Source of the DNA: Paragordius varius
Taxonomy: Eukaryota; Animalia; Nematomorpha
DNA length: 64,000 nucleotides
Direction of reading: 5' to 3'
Assembly: GCA_964247055.1 (NCBI GenBank)
Contig: OZ176054.1
Coordinates: 1,116,001 to 1,180,000, forward strand
The notes under the pieces were generated by a model that was given only the letters and a program-made list of their open reading frames with translations, was not told where the DNA came from and searched no databases. Position numbers and translations under genes: made by a program. Positions within the stretch are counted from its first letter, which is position 1; each line of letters starts with the position of its first letter. Positions 1 through 11,689 of the stretch are shown piece by piece.

Positions 1-3000
1 TGCATGATCTAATAATTATAAAGATTTTAAATGAGTAAGAGTTTTTAATTTCAGATAAATTGTTAATAACTCGTGTAAATAAATTTGATTTTACAGGTGA
101 GTTATTAACAATTCACAATATAGAGGTTCATATTTAACATAAATAAAACAAGAGAATATAAAAGTTTGAACTCAAATCGATAAAAAATACCTGGCTGGCA
201 TGGAGATGCGCATAGGGTGGTTCCCCATTGACCATCTCGATACAAATGATGCCTAGAGCCCATATATCGCCTTTGTAGGTTATTATTCCAGAGAGATAGG
301 TTTCCTCTGCCAAGTAGCAGGGTGTGCCCGCTATCTTGACACAAATATTGTTTGCATGAATGGATAGACCAAAATCAACTACAGTAATATATTTGTGTTT
401 AATTCATAAACGTTAATTTATGTGATATGGACACAAAAATTTTTTGTTAATAATACATTATTATGGCTAAATTATAAATGCCGATATTTATTAATCAATT
501 TTTGCTTTCGCTGTTCTATAAATTGAATATGTGAAAATATTTTGATAAATTTGTTTTTATGAAATATATTACTGAGTTTAACTGTGCCATTGGTATCAAT
601 CATGATATTGTTGGATTTGATATCTCGATGAATAACATATCTGGAGTGAATGTACGATAATGCTTGCAAGATCTATAAACAATAGCGGCATTGTTAAAAA
701 GAATATGTAAGAAATTGTAATAATTTGCGTTGACATTTAAATATTACTATAATGTCTGTAGAGCAGCACAACACAGTAACGGGAAAAAATTCATAATTAA
801 ATAAATATATTATGATAGAAAGATGCATTTTTTCATGGTGCTTTTTTGGGCTGTATATAAGGACTATATCAATTTTATGTCATATAGCAGGCTAGTAAAA
901 TTTATAAGTTTTGTTTCAAACGGATTAAAAATTATTATAAACTATATTTACAAGAAAAATAATATCTAAATAAAATTTAAATTTTGTAGTCTGCAAAACT
1001 CTCATAAATTGGCGGGTATAATGTATTAGTAAAATTAACATATAAGAATATTCGCCATAATTTTAATGACTAGTCTATAACACTAAAAATATATATTGAA
1101 AAAAAGCATGGGCCAAAAAATTAAAATTTATTTAAATATATGGTAGTTTGGAGCAGGATGGAAACGGTAGAATATAGTTAAATCTTGGCATCAAAGATTA
1201 AATATATTTTCCATTTTAATTTTTAAGTGAACAAATCTAAGCCAAATTTAAAGTGATAGTATTTTTTACTGCATCAAATTGGTAGAAGAGGTTTTGAACG
1301 CGGCCGTTTTTCTGAATCAAAAGCGGTACGAAGCCATGTGTTGGATACATTTGATCTAGATATTTGAAATTCTATCATCAAGAATCTAAGATTGCTTTGG
1401 GATAATAACTAATAGAGAAGCCAGTGGCGTAGCTAGAAGGGGGAAAGAGTGATGCACCACATAGTTAAAGGGGTACCGGATTTTAAATTTTTTAATTTAA
1501 TTTCAAAAAATAAGCATTTAAATTATTATTTTAAATAATATTTAAAAAAATTATCTAAATATGACAGGTCTTGACCTTCATGTTTAAATTTAATTTTTCT
1601 TTTATAATGCACGGTGTTGAGGGGGGTGGGCGCCATAAGTGCAAGCCACGCCTCTAAAGCAAAAGTTTAACAAAAGATTTTGCTGAAAGCCTTTAGCATG
1701 AAATTTCACATAGTATGGGCCAATTTAGTTTTTTATATATAGTAATTCCAATATAGAAAAAGTTTTATAAAATGACACATATACCCAAAAAAACCCATGA
1801 TATTCCGGATTTATTCTTCTTCGTTCATCAATATAAGAATGCAACATGCATTTTAACTCTTTTATAGAAAAACCGAAATTGGGAAGAATCATCCGTAAAG
1901 ACCCAAACAATAAAGCAATAAAATCTGGATGCTGGTGATACAAAACTAAACTTAACCTGTTGGCAGATTAAGGCTAGTACAGGTTCGCAAAGCTTCCGAC
2001 GATTCAAATCCCACAAAGTGACACCATTAATATTCTCCATAATGATCTGTACATAATGAAAAAGGCAAACTAATAAAGAGGGAAATGACACATATTATAA
2101 ATATTAATTCAAGTAATAAGATAACTCTTTACCCATAAACTGTCTCCCGAGAAACTGGAGTTAAGATATTTGACAATGTTGGGATGTTTCAGATTCATCA
2201 GTAAAAATATTTCACTGACCGTATCATGGTCGAGCTGTTGGTACTTGAGTTTTATCTTTTTTAATGCTACGGTATTCTTTTTACGATCTTTGGCCAGGAA
2301 TACAGTACCAAAGGCCCTAAAAATAAATATATATTTATTAAGTAATTTAATTATACTGTAAAAAGTTAATAAAAAAAATACCTTTCTCCAAGTTTTTTGC
2401 AAACATTATATTTGGACGGGAAGTCATTGATAACCTTTATTGTTTCGAAAAATAAATAAAAGATTAAAAAAAAATGAAATCCACTAAAATTATTTTTTTT
2501 TAATCGAATAAGTTCATAAAACATAAATTTACTCTTACCTCTTTGTGAGGATCAACTGCACCATGATTATTGGAGGCTAAAGTATTTATTGCATATTTTA
2601 TAAATAAATTGTAACAATTATTATAATAATGTTAAAATATAATTATTAATTTTACGACACGATAGTATATAATGGACTCTTTTGTTTACAACTGAGTGTT
2701 GTTCCCTCGGTTATTATAATTTTTTGTTTTTGGTTTTTTATTAGTTTTACAACTAATGTCTTTAATTTAATTGGTTTTATCATCTAAGGTCTTAACTTGT
2801 GATTTCAATATAGAGGAAAAGAAAGAACAATAAAATTTTTTAAAAAATTTTATTTAAAATAACCGTTGTCTCTACATCCATTCTTATATTTTTAACGCTG
2901 AGAAAACGGACATCCTTTAAAGTGCCCAAAACCATACGCCATTTTTATTCATATATTTGGTATGGCACGTTTTTAAATAAATTTCCATATATTTTATAAA

Positions 3001-4320
3001 TATTAGAATAATTTTATATCATACATGTGCGTTCATGCCAACAACTTTTAGCAGAACCGAACGGAGATGATGAAGTTTTGCAAGCCGATTTCTCGTTTTC
3101 TAGAAAAGAGTTAAAGTTAAAATTAAATTTATTTTTAATTTAATGATATTTTTCCAATTTATAACGTTTTACCAAACTGATAATTAAATTATTAGGCAAA
3201 GAAAAGTTCTAACAAGTTAAATTTATGAAATTATATTCTTTTAATATACTTGTTTGGGCAGGCTCGACGAAATCACCAGCGCCCTCTTTTGGAGACAAGG
3301 TACTGTAGTAAACTAAATAAAAAATATTTTTCTGTAATAACAACAACTAAACGTATTTGGATATCAAACTTTGTCAGAATCGTATTTATTTAAATTGATT
3401 ATAATAGGCATGTTAATCAAAACATTCTTCGTACTTAAATATTAATATATTTTTCTGTAAATACCTGATTCATTTCCAGGGTTTTCTTGTTTGGCATCTA
3501 AATATATAAGTAAACAAACCACCATATATAATACAAAAATATTAATTTATTCGACTATCTTGTACGCTTAAATCTGACCGATATTATTTTCTTATAAATG
3601 AAAACCTTAACACATATCGACTTAAATGAAAACTTGATGAGCAACGGAACAAAGCTAGTATCTTAAATCATATTCTCTATATTAAGATTAACGTTTTTGT
3701 AACACAATTTTTATTCGCTTATGAATTTGCACGGTTATTAACTTTATACATCCATAAATTATCCCTATTATGATGCAGATTTTACAATCATCGCTATGAT
3801 GAAAAATAAAATTAAATTTATATTATTATAACTGATAAAAGTTTGGATTTTGTAGATTATTAAAGGTTTAAAAATAGTATTTTACAAAGTTATTGGGTAG
3901 TAAAAAAGATTTACCAACTTTGCCGTAACACACGATATTTATTAAAAAATTGTAGGTTTATAATACCTGGAGGGGGACGACGCTTTTGGAACACCTTTCG
4001 AAGGGTTCCTAACAAGCTTTCTCCGGGCACCCCGAGTTTTCCCGCCTCACCATCTAAACAATAATTAATCAGCATTAGGATAAATTAAACTTGCACTCTT
4101 AAAAGCAAGCAAGAAAGATTTAAAGAATCTTACCCGGCGGTTCCCTTCTCCTCTTATGGAAGAACCCCCACCGGTTCTTCCACCGGGGACAACAGGCTCG
4201 ATTCCTCCTAGAATCGGCTGTTGTCCCCTCCTCACCATCGTTGGCAATTACTTCTTCTGCCTCTCCTCCCACACAACAACTCCCACAAAAACACAGCGTT
4301 AAAAATGTTTTAAAGTTCAT
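1..4320 (-). CDS. Kinase copy A: multi-exon divergent STE20/PAK-like Ser/Thr kinase; 3' end runs off the window
   Basis: GT-AG exons with consistent phases: 4320-4134 ([16 protein letters not shown]...KRRREPP), 4053-3967, 3497-3465, 3312-3250, 3099-3025, 2576-2539, 2434-2382, 2316-2133 ([31 protein letters not shown]), 2046-1957 (IIMEN), 672-573 ([11 protein letters not shown]), 378-191 ([20 protein letters not shown]), and a further exon starting at 8. The Gly-loop reads GERAFG. Confidence 0.88.
1422..1656. mobile_element. Small hAT-like MITE in intron 9 of kinase A
   Basis: Starts CAGTGGCGTAGCT and ends AGCCACGCCTCT (imperfect inverted repeat). GC-rich termini flank an AT-rich core; no clear TSD. 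Confidence 0.55.
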
Positions 4321-5610
4321 AATATTAAAACACTTTTATGATTCAACAATCAAATCAAAGTTTAATATAAACCCTTCATCGCTATGTAACGATGATGTCA
4401 TTTAGAATAACACTATAATACATAATCAATATAAACCCTAATAAAATAAAACTACTCCTAAGCGCTGCCGTAAAATGCAGAGTATTTTAAGAACCCTGTT
4501 TAAAATATTGTACATACATTAATATAAAAAATTTAGTTAGATCAGACAAAAGAAATCCGAAGGTTATAAGCCATAAAATAAAATTTTCAAATTTTCTTTA
4601 TTCAACTAAACATCATCGGCAATTTATTAATATAAAAAAATGGAAATTCCAAAAAAAAATAATATTAAAAAATCGTATTAGATTTTACTAATTAATAGTA
4701 CCCTCCGTTTTTAAAGGAGAGCGTATATAATGGAAATTAATCTTTTTTACTAAAATAGATTTATATAGGTTGAATTTATTATGAATAATAATTTTTTAAT
4801 TTTGTTATAAATAATTTTGTGTTAAAAAGATAGTTTTCCTGGTTGGATATTCACCTTTAAATGACGTACTTTAAGCGTTAAATTTATTGAAAATATCCTC
4901 AAGTTATTCCGTATTTTAGATATTATAAAAACCTTCCAAAACGACTTTGTAAAAATTTAAATTATTTTACATACCACAGCTGTATTTTGGTTATCTATTG
5001 ACACTAAGTTTAAATATATAAATAAATTTAAATAAATGATAAATAAATGAAGCCTCCATATTTCATATATTTAAAGCCAATTAAAAATCAGCTGGTTGGA
5101 TCATTCAAAGCTTGTTTTTTATTTTAGTGTATAGGGTTTCTCAATTTATTTTAATCTCTTTAACAAAATTTTATATTGGAAAACGAAAAATTCAACCAAA
5201 ATATAACTTAAACATTATGATGCATTAATAAGGTGACCAGACGTCCCGCTTTTTCACACTTTGTCCCGCGTCCCGCTACGTTTTTAAAATGTCCCGCTTT
5301 TTCACGAATATATAAATAATTTCTTTCTAATACAAATAACTTTTTTATCATTAAATATCTTTAAAATCAATAAAAATTTTAAATTAAAATTTTTTATTTT
5401 TAAATTAAAATTTATTTTTAAAAATTTATATCATATTATTTTACACTTTCCTTCCTACTACTACTACTGTCATTATTATCAAAAAGCCAAGTTAATACCA
5501 CGAATCTTTAGATTAAAAGACAAATTGATACCACAAATCGGTAACTTACACGTTTAATCCAGAAAATTAAGGCAATATAATATTTATTATACTATTAGTA
5601 GTTTATAAAT

Positions 5611-7369
5611 ATGAGCACAAAAAGAGGTTGTAAATTCAACGATGAATTAATGAAAGATTTTCCTTAAAAAGAAGAATGATCATCTGTTAAATATCTTAAA
5701 TGCGAGGGGGAATTCACCCTGTATGGCGGCAAGCATGATATCACAAAGCATATGGAAACACAGAAACATTAAAAATATTTAGTAATGGCGGCATCATCTA
5801 ATGAGCGATATTTTTCGAAACGCTTTTGGAGAGGAAGAAAAGAATTTGGCTGCAGAAAGCGTGTTATCTTTTCACGCCGTTATTCACAATCATTCCCTAT
5901 GGACTGTACCTCACTGGTTATCAGCACGTTATTCCATAAAAAATTTACATGCACCCGTACAAAGGATGAAGCCATTGTGTGCAATGTCCTTTCGCCACAT
6001 GCATTTTCAGAAATACAAAAAGATTTGCTGAAAATTAATTTCCTATCCCTATACTCTGATGCATCAAATCACCATGAAACAAAATTATTTCCCACTTTAA
6101 TAAGATATTTTGATTCATAAACCGGAGTAAAAATTTTAGATTTAATTTCTCTACCCGGTGAAAATTCCGAATTGATATTAACTTCAATAATGCATATTCT
6201 AGAAAAAAATAATTTAAAAGACAAAATTATCGCATATTGGGCTGACACCGAACTTTGATGGAAAGGAGGGGAACAAAAAATATTTTTCATAAATTAACAG
6301 ATAATCTTAATCAAAACATTATTGGCGTTGGATGTGCAGCGCATATAATACACAACGCTATTCAAACAGCTGCTGATTTGTTACTCCTAGATGTGGAAAA
6401 TGTCGTTGTTAAAATATACTCCTATTTTTATATATACACGGTACGTGTTAACGCTTAAATTCTGTGAAAATGCAGAAGTTTAATATCAAAAAATGCTTGA
6501 ATATTGTAAAACTCGTTGGTTAGCTTTTATCCCAGCTATGGAAAGAATTTAAAAAATGTATGATCCTTTAAAATCTTTTTTTATCACTCTTCAAAAATAT
6601 GGTTAGAATTCTTACATAATCAAGCTGCTCTCTTTCAAAATGTTATTAATAAAGAAGGTGACAAAATTTTGGCAATCGAAGTAGTCAATGAAGTTAGTAA
6701 CCTAAAATTCCAATGTCAAGAACGGTTAGGAAATAATTCTATACTATTAATCATTCGCAATATAATAAATAATCTAGAAATACAAGGCTTAATGCCAAGA
6801 TATCCTGTAACATATAAAAATGTTTGGTACAAACTGTAATTATTTGGAAGACTGGACGACGCAATTTAATGAAATTGATTATTTTCATTGGATAACATTA
6901 AAATCAGAATTTAATTGGTGCGATGTTCAAAATCATTTGATTATATCTGCTCCCAAAAATCAAAAAGTAATCCATTAGAAAATGATCTTTTTTCTGAAAT
7001 ATCATTAGTTAAAAGATATATTAATAATAAAAAACTTAAATATGAACAAAAAAAAATAAACTAGAAAAGAAATGGTTGGAAATATTTCATCATTTTGAAG
7101 CGAACTATATTACACGCAATAATATTTTAAAAATTTTGGAATTCGCACTATCTTTCCCTGGAAACAACGCTGCTACTGAGCGCGCTTTTTCCACAGTAAA
7201 TCAGTTGTGGAAATGGGAAAAATCAAATTTAAATTTTGAAACTTTAAAGGCCGTTTTATCTGTCAAATATAATTTGACAAATTCTTGTGAAGACTTCTAC
7301 AATATTTTGAAAAATGATGACAATCTGCTAAGACGCATTCATTCAAACAAAAAATATACCAAAGAATAA
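5611..7369 (+). pseudogene. Frameshifted hAT transposase
   Basis: ATG at 5611 (MSTKRGCKFNDEL). Fragments include YSDASNH, VGCAAHIIHN and the dimerisation-domain-like FPGNNAATERAFS, spread over several frames with stops. Confidence 0.85.
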
Positions 7370-7679
7370 AATATTTTATTTAAAGTTTTTGTGTTAAAAA
7401 ATAAACAAAATCACTTAAAATATTGTATTAAGTCTTCATAATTTGTCAAATTATATTTGAACACATAAAATGACTTTTATTCAACATTTAAATTTGATTC
7501 CGTGTCCTTACTTAATTTACTGTGGAACGCGTTCAATAGCAGTGGTTTAGGTAAAGATAATGCAAATTGTACAATTAAAATATTATTATGGAACATAATA
7601 AGTTTAAAAATGATTTTAACCATTTCTATCCTACGTATTTTTTTCTGTTGTCCATAATATAAGTTTTCATTCAATATAT

Positions 7680-8280
7680 TTATTTGATAATGAGACTTCA
7701 TAAAAAAGTGTCATTGTGCACCCTCTTATCTTCCAAATAATTGTTTCTGTTTGTATAAAACATTTTTTATATTCTGGCTATTCATTCAGCCTTGTTTTTC
7801 TGGATGTATGATATTGCGTTTAGATAATGGTATAATATTATTTTCTAACCTTTTTTGACATGGAATTTTGACCTTTGTCCTGTGATAAAAAAATAAGATT
7901 CTAGAGATCACATTTTTATAAATATTCCAATCGCTGGCAAAACAGTTCTACAATATCCAAGCATTTTAACATCTATATTTTCCACATCCAGGGGTAACAA
8001 ATCAGTAGCTGTATGAATAGCGTTGTGTATCTGCCAATAATGTTTTGATTAAAATTATTCGCTAAATTGTTAAAAATATTTTTTGTGCCGCTTCTTGTAT
8101 CACCCAGCGCACTTTGTGATGATTTCGTCCATATTTTTTTTCTAGAATATTGCAATCACTTCACCCTTTGTTCGTGCACATGTAAATTTATTGAATAAGG
8201 TAACAACCTGTGAGGTACAAATTTTTTATATTCATAATGTATTTGTGTTAAAAACAAATAAATATTACAATAAATTTTTT
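7680..8280 (-). mobile_element. Inverted, internally deleted fragment of a related hAT transposase inside the hAT element
   Basis: The reverse complement of about 8161-8220 matches 5901-5970, and of about 7975-8155 matches about 6190-6420 (e.g. aatcaaaacattattggc). Confidence 0.7.
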
Positions 8281-8520
8281 GTATAAAAACTTTTGGTTGT
8301 ACCCCCCAATGACCCCCCCTCCCCGCTTTTTCCTAAAAAAATCTGGTCACCTTATGCATTAACCAACTTAATCGAGATTTGATAAACTCCTATCTAACAC
8401 TAAAAATTTTCATCATTTATTTATTAGCTGGCCTTGTCAAGCTAGTCTGAAAGATAATTAAGATTTTGTTATAACATAAGCTATAAACTATTTCAACTTC
8501 TTTACTATATAAATAGTAAA

Positions 8521-8524
<4 letters not shown>

Positions 8525-8553
<29 letters not shown>
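8525..8553. repeat. (TA)n microsatellite
   Basis: Perfect TA run; not expanded at the paralogous site near 36585. Confidence 0.95.
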
Positions 8554-8560
<7 letters not shown>

Positions 8561-9924
8561 AATGTATAATGCGGATTGGGAAAGTGTATAGGTCTATTCA
8601 AAATCAAAGTAAAAATTTGTTATTCCTTAATATATGGGCCAAGAATTTCGCCATGTTTCAAATAGCCATTTATCGCCCTTCTGTAAAAATAGGCCTTTAT
8701 TAAAAAATTATTTTATAAGGTGTAAACAAGATTTCAAAAAACTCAAGTCCATTTATTACCAATAATATATAATAGAACTTTAGATTTAAATTTCAATTTA
8801 CTAGAAGCTTATCAGCAAAAGTTAGAATCATTAAACCTATGTAAAAGTAATCGTTAGCCTGTTTATACAAATAAATTATGACTTTAAAGTACATATTTTC
8901 ATATTTGAACCAGCTCAGAAAATCGCGTGCTTCCCAACAATATATACAAGATATGTTATATTTAGCAAATATTTTTGATATCGAGTTAGATATTACCTAT
9001 AATTAGGATAATATTTTGTCTTACTGTATATATGATAAAAACATAGTTTTACACAACTTTATAAAATCCATAGTACTGTGGAAAACATTAAAAGACCTTT
9101 TATTTTTGGAAAAATTTTATAAGCCAGATATTAATATAAATCAAATTGTCATTAAAATGACTAGAAAATATATTTGTATTGATGACCATCATTATTTAAC
9201 AGCTTATAGAAGATTTTAAATTCTAAATATAAATCCCTTATTGACATTAATCTCTAATAAGATTTATATAACTCAAAAACTCTTAATTTCTTATATAGCG
9301 GGTGATTTGTCTGCACCATTTCGCTATGTTAAAAACTTTATTTATTGCAATATAGATAAAATATATTTTACATGTATCATATTAATAATTTTTGCAATTG
9401 TATATTATGGGAAAGCCGTGTTGTATTAGTTTTAAATGGCGGAAGATTTTTTGATATTTTTCCTCAAAATATATAGAATTATGAATGCAGTGTGTATTAT
9501 TAAACATAATCTATACAGTTTAAAAGACAAAGTTCTGATTCAATAAAGTCAATCCTTAAGTGAGAATATTTTACAACGATAAATTGTTTTGTGGGCGAAT
9601 GAATGATATGTACTTTTAAATGCAGAGTGTATTTGATGTAAAATAAATGGTAATTTTTACATATTCATCAATAATTAAGTGGAATTATTTGGTATCATGT
9701 ATATGATAATTTTTAAATATATTATTTTGTTAACATTATATTATAAAAAAGTGATTAAGAAACCGGATATTAATCAAACAAACATTGGATTGAATTTGAA
9801 AAGCTTATAAATAATCCATCAATATATTAGGTGAGATTGTGTAGGACAGAAATATCTTAAGATATATTTACCGCAAAATAATTGTATTTCTTGTATCACA
9901 TAGGCAAGATGATAGTGTTCATTT

Positions 9925-11675
9925 TTAGAGGAGGGGGGTTATAACCGTAGAAATAAGCCAAGTCAAGCCCTCAAAAAGTCCATCTCCAGCTGTCGCACAT
10001 GCAGGTTGAATGTACCAAGCTTTATCTCGAATGCGATTAAGGCCGAGTTTTTCCTTGAGTTCAGAAGGTTTCATAGCTAAATTTACATTTATGGAGATAT
10101 AAAAAATAATAAAATATTTAGTTTCAACGTATTTTAAAAACAGAAGCCACGTTTATTGAACTAATTCCACATAGTATATTTGAGAAACTCTAAATGAAAG
10201 AGTTCCAATCACAAAAAAGTACAAAAGTGTTTTGATTATGGTTTAATTGTATTTGGGAAAAAATTGGCCAAATAAAAAACGGTTACTTATTCTAAGATTA
10301 GAGAAACCTAATTTTTAATATCTGAAGTATTCGCCGAAATAAGCATGAAATTGTATAAACAAGTATTTTTTCAGCTACACCTATCATAAACTATAATAAA
10401 TTACTTTTAAAATCAAATAAAGCAGTAATGATATTCATTAAAACCCTAAATTTTGTGTTCGTTTCGCTAATATTATTATTTTATATACATTTGGGATTCC
10501 CGCTGTATATATCTTGACATTAAATTTTATAACGCATATATCAGTAATAAACTGTTTGTGTTGTGCAAAAGAGACCTCGTAAAACCTGGCAATCGCTATT
10601 CAAGAAGACCTAGATTTTCTCAATATAACAATCGAACAAGCAGTAGACAGAAATCACGCTTTTTCCTTTGGAAGGGGAAAATAGCGTATAAAGGGTAATA
10701 TAAAAGTTTGATTAAAGTTGAAAGAAAACGCGAATGTGTAGCTTTATGATAAAATGTCCCACAAAATTAATAAAATTAACCATACTTTTATGATTTAGTT
10801 TTTATTTGATCATTACCATATGGGTTGTTATATACGTGTTTGTGAGGTATTTAATTATATAGCCCCTATTTTTAAGGACATAAAATATAAAAAGGAATAT
10901 TTGAAAATACAATTATGTTTTTTAAAAAGTTTTTTGTAAAATGGATTGCTTATCATCCATTCGCAGTAAAAGATAAATTGGTCCTTAAACATTTCAAATT
11001 CTTCCTAGAAAAATTTGTTCTTTAAATATTTTTGTTTCGTTTATACTTTTAATCGCGTAAAATATGTATACCCAATGACAGAGTCATACCCATTTTATTA
11101 TATAACGATATTTTTTGAATCAAAATATATTTTGAAATTGAAAAGTTGTTGCAATATTTTAAAAACATTAGTTTAAAATAAGGTAGAATAACGACAAACT
11201 TTCCTAACAAATTTTTTGGGTAAAAAATATAATATATTTGGAAATAATTTTTGATAAATGAATGCGATAGTTAACATGTTTAGGAACCAAAGGGTCCCCA
11301 TTATTCGCTTATCAAATAATTGAAAAAACAATAAACTGCTAATTAAGGACAAACCCTTAAGCAAGCATGGGCCCATTTGCATTTTTGATACAAATATAAC
11401 TTTTATTATAATATGGCTCTTTAACGAAATAAAGTATATTGTAAAAATGTTTTAAAAAACGCTGAGTTAATAAAAGGCAAACCGTCAGGCAAATCCTGTT
11501 TATTAGCATAAATTAGAATGATGGCGTCTTTCATTTCGCGATCATTTACTATGCGCAGCTCCTGTCTAGATTCATCAAGCCTATCTCGATCAGAACTATC
11601 AACTACAAAAATCAGTCCTTGCGTCCCTGTGTAATGTCGCCAAAGGGTACGGATTTTATCTTGACCACCGACATC
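9925..11675 (-). pseudogene. ARF6: Arf6 3' gene fragment (two exons), unit 1
   Basis: Exon 11675-11483 encodes [64 protein letters not shown]; exon 10076-9925 encodes [44 protein letters not shown]. These match ARF6 motifs (RHYYTGTQG, GDGLYEGLTWL). Two single-codon deletions; no P-loop exon found in the window. Confidence 0.85.
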
Positions 11676-11689
11676 CTATTATTCAGATT

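Larger units (their letters stand above)
5229..8354 (+). mobile_element. hAT (Blackjack-like) DNA transposon, degenerate
   Basis: TIRs TAAGGTGACCAGA / TCTGGTCACCTTA; 8-bp TSD TGCATTAA at 5221-5228 and 8355-8362; single-copy empty site at 36410-36417. Confidence 0.93.

Noticed and set aside
105-344. ORF-track protein MCQDSGH..
   Set aside because: It is the wrong frame of kinase exon 11 (378-191).
4120-4200. Spliced-leader RNA or snRNA, suggested by hairpins followed by GGTAAG
   Set aside because: The donor joins in phase to downstream coding exons, and no Sm site or compact SL gene repeat is seen.
4065-4247. Alternative-frame [15 protein letters not shown].. recurring in the exon-1 paralogs as a dual-coding gene
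   Set aside because: It is short, runs through intron 1, would hit a stop if spliced to exon 2, and its recurrence is explained by duplication of a GC-rich exon.
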